Origin: Bifidobacterium breve
GTDB lineage: Bacteria > Myxococcota_A > UBA796 > SXON01
NCBI GenBank assembly: GCA_943328795.2
Contig: CALQBK020000002.1
Span: forward strand, 2,513 to 66,512
Length of the DNA stretch: 64,000 nucleotides
Reading direction: 5' to 3'
The first letter of the stretch is position 1; each line of letters starts with the position of its first letter. The notes beneath the pieces were generated by a model. It ran no database searches, was not told the origin of the DNA, and was given only the letters and a program-made list of their open reading frames with translations. Positions 54,212-62,290 of this stretch are shown in pieces. The translations under genes were made by a program, and so were the position numbers.

Positions 54212-55066
54212 ATGTACGACATCGCCATGTTCTTCTTGCCCGCGTTCGTCGCGTGCCTGGTGCTGCTCGGCATCCACGTGTACCTTGGGATCCACGTCAT
54301 CACGCGCGGGGTCATCTTCGTGGACCTCGCGCTGGCCCAGATCGCGGCGCTGGGCGCGATGTGCGGGCTGTTCGTTGGCGCTGAGCCGGGGAGCACCGAG
54401 AGCTACTTCGTCTCGCTCGGGTTCACCTTCGTCGGCGCGATCCTGTTCACGCTCGCGCGTTCGCAGGCGAAGCGAGTGCCCGTGGAGGCCTTCATCGGCA
54501 TCGTCTACGCGGTCGCGAGCGCGGTCGCGATCATCGTGGCGAACAAGGGCCCGCACGGCGCCGACGAGATCCAGCAGATCATGGTCGGGAGCTTGCTCGT
54601 GGTCACCCCCGAGCGCATCGCCGTGACCGCCGGGGTGTACGTCGTGATCGCAGCCATCCACTACGCCTTCCGCGAGAAGTTCCTGCGGCTCTCGTTCGAT
54701 CCCGAGGGCGCCGAGCGGTCGGGGATGTCGATCGCGTGGTGGGATCTCGCGTTCTACGCCACCTTCGGCGTCGTGATCTCGCTGTCGGTGACCATCGGCG
54801 GCGTCCTCCTGGTGTTCACCTTCCTGGTCGTTCCCACGGTCATCGTCGCGCTGTTCACCCAGGGCGTCGGCCGGCGGCTGCTGGCCGGCTGGGGCGTCGG
54901 GCTGGTCGGTAGCGTGCTTGGCCTCGCCGCCTCGTACGAGTTCGATGCGCCGACGGGCGCGGCGGTGGTCGCGACGTTCGGCTCACTGCTCGCGGTGGCG
55001 CTCGTCGCGCGCGTGCTCATCCCGGGCGAGATCCAGACCGACTTGAGCTCGGGCAGCCACCACTGA
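54212..55066 (+). CDS. Metal ABC transporter permease, ZnuB/TroC family
   Basis: 8-9 TM helices with the ABC-3 family pattern (GVIFVDLALAQIAALG..., VFTFLVVPTVIVAL). Confidence 0.9.
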   Translation: MYDIAMFFLPAFVACLVLLGIHVYLGIHVITRGVIFVDLALAQIAALGAMCGLFVGAEPGSTESYFVSLGFTFVGAILFTLARSQAKRVPVEAFIGIVYAVASAVAIIVANKGPHGADEIQQIMVGSLLVVTPERIAVTAGVYVVIAAIHYAFREKFLRLSFDPEGAERSGMSIAWWDLAFYATFGVVISLSVTIGGVLLVFTFLVVPTVIVALFTQGVGRRLLAGWGVGLVGSVLGLAASYEFDAPTGAAVVATFGSLLAVALVARVLIPGEIQTDLSSGSHH

Positions 55067-55087
55067 ACCGGGGGGCCAGCGCCGGCG

Positions 55088-56611
55088 CTACTTGGCCGCC
55101 GCCGCGTGAGAGATCCGCGGGAGGTAGGCCAAGAAGTCGAACCGGCCGTCGTCCTGGGTCGCGTCGTGGCAGCCCGTGCACGTCGCTGCGGTAGGCGTCG
55201 CCATCGGCGTAGCCGGGTTCACGACGTGCTCCTTCCCGGGCCCGTGGCAGCTCTCACAGCCGACGTTGGAGAGTGACCCGACCTCGCCCGGCGCGTGGGG
55301 GCCGAGCACCTCGCCGCTCCAGGGCACCGCGCCGGTCGCGTGGCAGGCGAAGCACGCCTGGTCGAGCTGGCGCTTCTTGCCGACGAGGGACGCCCAGGCG
55401 CGCGCGTGGGCCGTGCCTTGCCACTGGGTCGCCTGGCTGGCGTGGCACGCTGAGCAGGCCTTGCTCCCGACGTAGGGCCCGAGCACGGGCGCTGTCGGCG
55501 AGGAGGACACTAGCGCGTTGATCCGCTCCTTCGCGGCGTCCACCATCGCCTGGACGGCCGAGTCGTCCTTCACCGCGGTGTCGAGCGTGACCAGCGTGTT
55601 GTGTGCGGTGTGCGCGCGCTGGCTCACCGCGGTCGCCGCTTGCAGCTGTGCCTCGGCCCCCGCCGCCTCCTTCGCGTAGAACTCCGCCCGGCGCAGCGCG
55701 ACGTCCTTGTCCCGCTCGCCGTTCGCCTTCTCGGCGTCCGCCTTCGCTTGCTTGACCTTCTCGTTGTAGCGGTCGCGCTGCTCGGCGAGCCGCCCCAGCG
55801 TGCTGTCCTCCCGCCACGCAGTCGCCCCCGGGGTGAGCGTAAAGCTCAACACGCCGACGTCGCGCCCGCGGGTCCCTGGGCCAAGCTGGAGCCCGCCACC
55901 CGGGGCAGGGTCCGGGCTCGCCAGCGGCTGCAGGGTGCCGCCCACCACCAGGTCGATCCCCGGCACCGCCTTGAGCAGGCCGTCGCTCGGCTCGTCAGCC
56001 AGCGCGTCCAGGAGCACGATGACGTCGACGGGCGCCGCCCGGAGCCGCGCCACGCCGTCGCGGATGGCCGCCTGTGGATCCGTCGCGGTGCAGCCGGGGA
56101 ACAGCGCGCGGTCGTTCACCGCGCCGAGCACGCCAACGTGGAGGCCGGACTTTTCGATCACGAGGTCTTTCGCCGGGAAGCCGCCGCCACAGTCCAAGTT
56201 GCTCGCGACGTACGGGAGCCGGTGCTCCTCGGCGAGCGCGCGCACGAAGTCCACGCCCAGCGCCACGTCCCCCTCTGCGAGCAGCATGGCGTCGATGCCC
56301 GATGCGTCCACCGCGGCGGCCATCAGTCGTGCCTTCTCTTGCTGCTGGGGCTTCTCCTGCGACGTCAGCCGCGAGCTCTTCCAGTAGAGGTTGCCGCCGT
56401 CGACGACGAACACGGGGCTATCGCCCGCCGTGGTGCGGGCCTCGTGGATCGTCGTTGCGCGTCGGGGCAGACCGCCCGTGGGGTGCTTGGGTCACCCACA
56501 GGGTTCGATTTCACCGTCCCAGTGTGCGGTGTAGATCAACGTCGCCGTCGAGGCGGGAGCGGCGGGGTGGCACGCGGCGAGGCCGAGGAGGAGGAGGCCG
56601 GTGGGGATCAT
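55088..56611 (-). CDS. Lipoprotein with degenerate 5'-nucleotidase-like domain fused to a tetraheme c554-like domain. Contains one in-frame TGA (56492-56494): candidate selenocysteine, or a nonsense-disrupted gene.
   Basis: Same frame from ATG 56611 (ATGA overlap with the upstream stop) to TAG 55088. N-terminus MIPTGLLLLGLAAC (lipobox) ...LIYTAHWDGEIEPCG-TGA-PKHPTGGLPRRA...VFVVDGGNLYW. C-terminal CSACH, CFACH, CESCH, CTGCH. Confidence 0.7.
56463..56494 (-). other. SECIS-like stem-loop immediately 3' of the in-frame UGA
   Basis: UGA CCC AAG CAC CCC ACG GGC GGU CUG CCC CGA. C17GGGC21 pairs with G27CCC(C)G32. The apex GGUCU, within the heptamer GGUCUGC at nt 22-28, is the same heptamer and spacing as recalled for E. 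coli fdhF. Confidence 0.5.
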
Positions 56612-58161
56612 GGCTGACTCGGGGGCGACGGGGGCTGGGGGAGGGTCGGAGGCGCGCCGGGGCGGCGCTCCTCTTCGATGCGGTTGGTGCGCTCGTCCTT
56701 CTCGTCGTCGCCCGTGGCCTTGCGGCGATGCTCACGCACCAGGTCTTTCACGACCTCGAGCGCGCCGGAGTCGACCAGGTACACCTCGTCGTGGTCCAGC
56801 ACCCGCGCGTAGTACCGGGGGCGGTCCGGCTGGTCGTGCACGGTGCGCGGCGGACCCGGATCCCCGAGCAGCAGGGTCCGATCGACGCCGTCCAAGTCCT
56901 GCATCCGCACCCGCACGAGCGGGTGGTCGAAGCCGTACTTCGCGTCGTCAGCGGAGGCGGAGACGAACTCGTCGGCTTCTATGCCTGCTGTTCTCTGGGC
57001 GACGCGCTTTGGCGTGGACCCCGCGACCGGCACGCCGTCCTCCCACTGCCAGCTGTCCGCGGCCATCCGGACGGTCACGGTGCCGTTCAACGTGGCGTCT
57101 TCGCCCGTCGCCCCGTCGAGCGTCGCGACGATCTGCGAGACCCGGTTCGGGTCCATCCGGCCAAACCGCATGAGCCGGTAGGTCGAGGGCTCGCGCGCGT
57201 AGTCCTCGAGCAGCCCGTTTCGCGCGGTGTACACGCTCGGCTCCTCGGCGAGCCGCACGTAGGCGAGGTCGTAGTCGCCGTCCTTCTCGGGCGCGGGCCC
57301 GCCGACGAGCAGCGTCATCGGCTCGCGGCCGGAGAACGTGAGCTCGACGGTGAGCAGTGGAGCGTCAAGCCCGAACGTGTGCAGGTCCGCAGGCGTCGGG
57401 GTGTCCGTCACGAACTGCACGGCCTTGAGCGCAGACACGCGCCCCATCAGGCTGCGAACGCTGTCGTCGCTGGCCGCGAAGCGCTCGGGCTGCAGCAGGT
57501 CCCACGCGTGCTCCCCGGTGCGCTGGAAGCGCAAGTGCATCCCGCTTTGCGCCTTCACGTCGAGGGCATCGACGTCTTTCGAGTCGAAGCTCGCGAAGCG
57601 GCGCTCGCGGAACTCCGACAGCGAGAGTGAGTAGTAGTCCACCGCGGACTTCTTCACGGTGAAGATCACGTCCCCGGGTGTCGGGTGGATGTAGAAGCTG
57701 ACGCCGGAGGGGTTGGGGTCGCCCGCCTCGAACGTGTGCACCGACCCGTCGCGGAACGTGAGCGTCACGCGGATGGCGCTGTTCCCAAGGCCGTAGAGCG
57801 CGGCGTCGCCGGTGCTGTCGACCACGGTGGCCCGGCTGACCAGGTCGTGCAGCTGGTGCTTCACGCGGTTGACCATCGATCGGCTGGCCGGTAGGCTCTG
57901 CCCGTTGGCGCCCTCGGAGCCGTCGATCCACCACCCATCGGGCTTCTCGACGAGCGTGATCGCGCCGTCGGGCCGCTCGACGTTCACCTTGACCAGGTCG
58001 TTCTTCTCGAACGCGAACAGCGCGACGCCCTCGTCGTGCTTCTTGCCTTTTGCTGTGCCGGGCGTGACCGGGGCCGGCCGCGTCGCGAACCACGTGCCGG
58101 CTACCGCCGCGAAGACGACCAGGGCGACGAGCGCCCCCCGGAATTGGCGCAGGTACTGCAT
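56608..58161 (-). CDS. DUF4340-like protein (operon 2)
   Basis: N-terminal TM anchor (LVALVVFAAVAGTWF), repeated modules (YGLGNSAIRVTLTFRDGSVHTFEAGDPNP...; FGLDAPLLTVELTFSGREPMTLLVGG). One-base overlap TGATG with the upstream gene. Confidence 0.75.
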   Translation of the reverse strand: MQYLRQFRGALVALVVFAAVAGTWFATRPAPVTPGTAKGKKHDEGVALFAFEKNDLVKVNVERPDGAITLVEKPDGWWIDGSEGANGQSLPASRSMVNRVKHQLHDLVSRATVVDSTGDAALYGLGNSAIRVTLTFRDGSVHTFEAGDPNPSGVSFYIHPTPGDVIFTVKKSAVDYYSLSLSEFRERRFASFDSKDVDALDVKAQSGMHLRFQRTGEHAWDLLQPERFAASDDSVRSLMGRVSALKAVQFVTDTPTPADLHTFGLDAPLLTVELTFSGREPMTLLVGGPAPEKDGDYDLAYVRLAEEPSVYTARNGLLEDYAREPSTYRLMRFGRMDPNRVSQIVATLDGATGEDATLNGTVTVRMAADSWQWEDGVPVAGSTPKRVAQRTAGIEADEFVSASADDAKYGFDHPLVRVRMQDLDGVDRTLLLGDPGPPRTVHDQPDRPRYYARVLDHDEVYLVDSGALEVVKDLVREHRRKATGDDEKDERTNRIEEERRPGAPPTLPQPPSPPSQP

Positions 58162-59618
58162 CAACGGCCCCTCCGGTTCAGCCACACGCCGAGCGCGGCG
58201 AGCCCTACGAGCGACGGCGAGAGGCCGATGCTCAGCCACTGGATCCACGTCCGGTCTTCGTCCGTCAGCGCGAGGCGACGGACCTTGCTCGGGCGCCCGA
58301 CCACCGACATCCGGGCGTCGTCCCCGACCAGCCAGCGCACCGCGTTGATGGCGAAGCTCTGGTTGCCCGGGCCCTCGGCCATCACCGCGTTGCTCAACAG
58401 GTCGGCGTCGCCGAGCACGACCACGCGGCCGGCCTTCTTCTTCACGAGCGAGCTGTCGGACGAGACGTCCAGGGCGAGCGCCATCGCGACCGGGCCCGGG
58501 CCGTCGATGTCGGCCTGGTGGATGGCCTGCCCGTTCTCGGAGGCGCCGCCGCGCTCAATCCAGCCGTTGCGCCCTGTCTCCAAGAGCGTCGAGCTCCGGA
58601 CGCCGGGGATCGCCGGCACGCTGGCTTGGACCGGGGCGGCCCGGCTGACCACCGTGATGAGGTCGTCCGTCAGCAGGTCCTGGGTGATCGCGTGGCTCCG
58701 GTAGCGTGGGATCGGGCGATCCGGGTACGGGTAGAGCAGCTTCTCGTCGAGCACGTAGCCGCTCGGGACGACAACCCCGAAGCGGCCAAGCAGGTCGGGC
58801 ACTTCCCCGTCGGGCTCGACGGCGACCAGCAGCGCGCCGCCTGTCGAGAACCACGCCAGCAGCAGGTCCTCCTCGAGCGCGGGGATCGCGACGGTCGGCC
58901 GGACGACGAGCACCGCTGCGGCGTCGGGCGGCACGCGGGGCGCCTCGCCCGCCTCGTGGTCGCGGGCCAGGTCGAGCGCCTTGAGCTGGTAGTGCTCCTG
59001 GTCGAGCCCGGCGGCGAGGTCGGCCAGGCCCCCAGGGTCCTGGCTGTCGGGGCTCATCTCCCCGTGGCCGACCAGCGCGTACACCGTCTTTCGGGTGTCG
59101 GACGCCAGCTGGGAGAACCCTCGGCTGAGCGCGGCCTCCCCGAGGAACTCGATGTGCTTGTCTGCCCCCTTCCCGGCGCGGCGGAACAGCTCCCGGTCGG
59201 AGAGATCGACGCGTCGCTGCCCCCGTTGGATGACGACCGTGCTGTACTCGGTGACGCCAAGCGACTCGGCGGTGAGCCTGTCCTTGTCGAAGTCCACAAA
59301 ACGGGTGGTGACGCTGGCCGAGTTGTAGTCGAGCTCCTCGAGCAAGTCCGACAGCGCCTGGTCCTTGTACCGCGAGTCGTCTTTGCCCCGCTGCGCCGTG
59401 AACCCGGTGATCGTGACGGCTTCGCCGTCGGAGTCCAATAGCCGGAGCTTGTTCCGCGTGTCCGGCAACAGCGTGCTGCCCTGGTCCGACGAGAGGTCCA
59501 GGCGGACGCGGTACGTGTCGGCGAACAACCACCCCACGACCAGCGTGGCGACCACGAGGACGGTGACGAGCGTCGCGTTCGAGCCGAACGCGAGGCGGCG
59601 CTGCATCGCGCGGTTCAT
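58161..59618 (-). CDS. GldG-like ABC transporter auxiliary protein (operon 2); alternative ATG at 59624
   Basis: N- and C-terminal TM anchors, TITGFTAQ..., TVYALVGHGE..., AVLVVRPT..., VVVLGDADLLSN. ATG 59618 overlaps the permease stop (ATGA). Confidence 0.8.
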   Translation of the reverse strand: MNRAMQRRLAFGSNATLVTVLVVATLVVGWLFADTYRVRLDLSSDQGSTLLPDTRNKLRLLDSDGEAVTITGFTAQRGKDDSRYKDQALSDLLEELDYNSASVTTRFVDFDKDRLTAESLGVTEYSTVVIQRGQRRVDLSDRELFRRAGKGADKHIEFLGEAALSRGFSQLASDTRKTVYALVGHGEMSPDSQDPGGLADLAAGLDQEHYQLKALDLARDHEAGEAPRVPPDAAAVLVVRPTVAIPALEEDLLLAWFSTGGALLVAVEPDGEVPDLLGRFGVVVPSGYVLDEKLLYPYPDRPIPRYRSHAITQDLLTDDLITVVSRAAPVQASVPAIPGVRSSTLLETGRNGWIERGGASENGQAIHQADIDGPGPVAMALALDVSSDSSLVKKKAGRVVVLGDADLLSNAVMAEGPGNQSFAINAVRWLVGDDARMSVVGRPSKVRRLALTDEDRTWIQWLSIGLSPSLVGLAALGVWLNRRGR

Positions 59619-60334
59619 CGCCATCGACGGGACTCCAACGAACGGAACGTGAGGAACAGGAAGATGAAGGTGAACACCACGAAGTACAGGACGTCCGCCG
59701 AGTCGAGCACGCCTCGCTCGAACGACTCCAGGTGGCGGAGGACGCCGAACCGCTGCACCGCCGCGGCCCAGTCTGCCGGCAGCAGCGCCTCGGCTTGGTG
59801 GACGAGCCAGAACGGGAGCAGGATCATGATCCCGAGGAGCCCGGCGGCCACTTGGTCGTCCGTGAGCGACGAGGCGAACAGCCCGGCGGCGGAGAAGCCG
59901 CACGCGACCGCGACGAGGCCGAGGTAGCTGCACGCGATGACACCCCAGTCGGGGTCCCCGTAGTACCCGAGGATCACCGGGAACACGCCCGTGCCGGCGA
60001 GCATCAGGAGGCACAGCGTGAGCGAGGCCAGCCACTTTCCGACGACGATCGAGGACAGCGGCACCGGCGCGGTGAGCAAGAGCTCCAGCGTGCCTTGCCG
60101 GCGCTCCTCCGCGAAGTGACGCATCGTCAGCATCGGCAGCACGAAGAGCTGCGTGACCGCGAGGTTTGCCAGCAGCACTCGCAGCGAAGCTTCGCCGGTG
60201 AGGGAGATGCCGAGGTAGAAGAACAGCCCGGACAACACCAAGAAAGTGCCGAGGAACACGTAGGCCAGCGGGCTGACGGCGTACGACCGCAGCTCTTTCT
60301 TCCAGATGGTCCAAGCGCCGCGCAACCCCGTCAT
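59615..60334 (-). CDS. ABC-2 type transporter permease (operon 2)
   Basis: Six TM helices, FAEERRQGTLELLLTAP motif. ATGA overlap with the ATPase stop (60331-60334). Confidence 0.86.
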   Translation of the reverse strand: MTGLRGAWTIWKKELRSYAVSPLAYVFLGTFLVLSGLFFYLGISLTGEASLRVLLANLAVTQLFVLPMLTMRHFAEERRQGTLELLLTAPVPLSSIVVGKWLASLTLCLLMLAGTGVFPVILGYYGDPDWGVIACSYLGLVAVACGFSAAGLFASSLTDDQVAAGLLGIMILLPFWLVHQAEALLPADWAAAVQRFGVLRHLESFERGVLDSADVLYFVVFTFIFLFLTFRSLESRRWR

Positions 60335-61275
60335 CCGGCCTTCCCCTGGGTCACGCCCTCTTCTCCGACGATGTCGATGAACGCCTCTTCGAGCGTCGCC
60401 AGCCGGGCCTCGACGGCGCGGACGTGGCCCCCCGCGGCCACCACCCGGTCCACGAGCCCCTGGCGCACGTCGTCCCGGCTCATCACCCGGAACGCGGGCC
60501 AGCCCGAGTCCACGCTCGCGAGCGGCTCCACTTGGTCCACGCCCGGCGTGGTCGCGAGCTGCCGGGCGTCGATGCCCTGGGCCTCGATGAACGTCCAACT
60601 CCCGCGCTTCGCCCGGCGTTTCAGCTCGGCGAGGGTGCCTGACGCGAGCACCCGGCCGCGACCGATGACGATCGCGCGCGGGCACAGCGCCTCGACTTCC
60701 TGCAGCACGTGCGTGGACAAGATCACGGTGTGCGACGTCGCCAAGTCCTGGATCAGCGCGCGGATGCCGACCATCTGCGTCGGGTCGAGCCCGCTCGTCG
60801 GCTCGTCGAGGATCAGCACGGGCGGGTCGTGCAGCAGCGCCTGCGCCAGCCCCACGCGCTGCCGGTACCCCTTCGACAACGAGCCCAGGATGCGCGCTTC
60901 CCAGCCGCCGAGGCCCACGCGCTCCATCACCGCGCCCGTCTGCGAGCGGCACGCTCTCCCGGTCAGCCCGCGGAGCTCCCCGACGAACGCCAGGTACTCC
61001 CCGACGGACAGCTCCGGGTAGAGCGGCGGGGACTCCGGCAGGTACCCAACCCGGCGCTTGACCTCCATCGGGCTCTCGAACACGTCGAAGCCCGCGACCT
61101 TGACCTCCCCGGCGTTGGCCGGCAGAAAGCCGGTCAGGATGCGCATCGTGGTCGTCTTTCCGGCGCCGTTCGGCCCGAGGAAGCCCACGATCTCCCCCTT
61201 GCCGACCGAGAACGAGACGTCCGTGAGGGCAACGGTGGGTCCGAAGGACTTGGAGATACCGATCGCTTCGACCAT
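60331..61275 (-). CDS. ABC transporter ATP-binding protein (operon 2)
   Basis: Walker A GPNGAGKTT, signature LSKGYRQR, Walker B VLILDEP. ATG 61275 preceded by a purine-rich GGGAAGAAGG. Confidence 0.94.
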   Translation of the reverse strand: MVEAIGISKSFGPTVALTDVSFSVGKGEIVGFLGPNGAGKTTTMRILTGFLPANAGEVKVAGFDVFESPMEVKRRVGYLPESPPLYPELSVGEYLAFVGELRGLTGRACRSQTGAVMERVGLGGWEARILGSLSKGYRQRVGLAQALLHDPPVLILDEPTSGLDPTQMVGIRALIQDLATSHTVILSTHVLQEVEALCPRAIVIGRGRVLASGTLAELKRRAKRGSWTFIEAQGIDARQLATTPGVDQVEPLASVDSGWPAFRVMSRDDVRQGLVDRVVAAGGHVRAVEARLATLEEAFIDIVGEEGVTQGKAG

Positions 61276-61349
61276 GCGCCTTCTTCCCATCCTTCTCGCC
61301 GGAGCAGGCCGGGTGGGCGTCCTATCGTGCCCGGCGTTATCGAGCGACG

Positions 61350-61859
61350 GTGTGGCTGTCCTTACTTGTCCTGGCCCTGGGCGCCCCGGCGCACGCTGAG
61401 CCCGTAGATCGCCTGCTGTACGTGGTGGGGGACCGAATCGTCACCGCCGGGGACCTCGCGTTCGAGCTCGACGTAGACGCCCACGACGCGTCCCCGATCG
61501 TCGCGTTGGACGCCCCCGACTACCCGCGGGAGCAGCGAGTGCTGGACCTGACCGTGATCCGGGCGCTGGCGGGCGACACGTTGATCTACCGCCCGAGCGC
61601 CGAGGAGGTGGAGGGCCGGTGGGAGGCGGTCCGCGCGACCTGGGCGCGGGCGGAGGACTTCGAGGCGTTCCTGGCGCGCTGGGGCATGGACGGTGACGAT
61701 CTGCGGGGCTTCCTGTACAGCCGCATGGTCGTCGAACGCTACATCCGGCGCGTCGCCGGGAGCGTAGATGTCCCTGTCGAGAGCCCGGAATTCGCGGTGG
61801 AATACCAGCGGTGGATCACCGAAATACGGAGCAAGGTCTCCTTTCGGCGGGCGCCTTGA
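61350..61859 (+). CDS. Hypothetical periplasmic protein (SurA N-terminal-domain-like)
   Basis: Signal VWLSLLVLALGAPAHA. Helical chaperone-like sequence. GTG start. Confidence 0.5.
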   Translation: MWLSLLVLALGAPAHAEPVDRLLYVVGDRIVTAGDLAFELDVDAHDASPIVALDAPDYPREQRVLDLTVIRALAGDTLIYRPSAEEVEGRWEAVRATWARAEDFEAFLARWGMDGDDLRGFLYSRMVVERYIRRVAGSVDVPVESPEFAVEYQRWITEIRSKVSFRRAP

Positions 61860-62278
61860 TCCGGCTGCGCGAGGCGACCCTGGGCGACCTCGCGTGGCTC
61901 GTGGAGGCGCAGCACGCGTGCTTCGGCCCCGAGGCGTGGACCCCGGGCATGGTGCGGGAGGAGTTCGACCGTCCGGGGGGTGTGCAGTGGGTGGCCGAGG
62001 ACGACGCCGGCCTCGCGGGGTTCGCGTTTGGGTGGCTCGTCGTCGGCGAGCTGCACGTGCTGCACGTCGGGACGTTGCCCAGTCGGCGCCGGGGGGGCGT
62101 CGGCCGCGCGCTCCTCGGTGCGCTCCTGGCAACGCCCGGCGTCGACGTCTGCTGGCTTGAGGTCCGCGCAGACAACGACGCTGCGATCGGCCTCTACGCG
62201 GCGGAGGGGTTCGCCACCCTCGCTACGCGCAAGCGCTACTACAGTGACGGCTGCGACGCCGTGGTGATGCGCCGGTAG
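61856..62278 (+). CDS. rimI: GNAT N-acetyltransferase, RimI-like
   Basis: GELHVLHVGTLPSRRRGGVGRALL (acetyl-CoA Q/RxxGxG/A), EVRADNDAAIGLYAAEGF, RKRYY. TTG start overlaps the preceding TGA (TTGA). Confidence 0.78.
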   Translation: MIRLREATLGDLAWLVEAQHACFGPEAWTPGMVREEFDRPGGVQWVAEDDAGLAGFAFGWLVVGELHVLHVGTLPSRRRGGVGRALLGALLATPGVDVCWLEVRADNDAAIGLYAAEGFATLATRKRYYSDGCDAVVMRR

Positions 62279-62290
62279 TTACATCCTGGG

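Noticed and set aside
56500-56515. GGGTTCGATTTCACC resembling a tRNA T-arm (considered as possible tRNA, even tRNA-Sec, next to the TGA)
   Set aside because: The flanking bases do not form a T-stem (no complementary 5-bp arms), and no acceptor or anticodon stems can be drawn. The segment is coding (..DGEIEP..) on the other strand.
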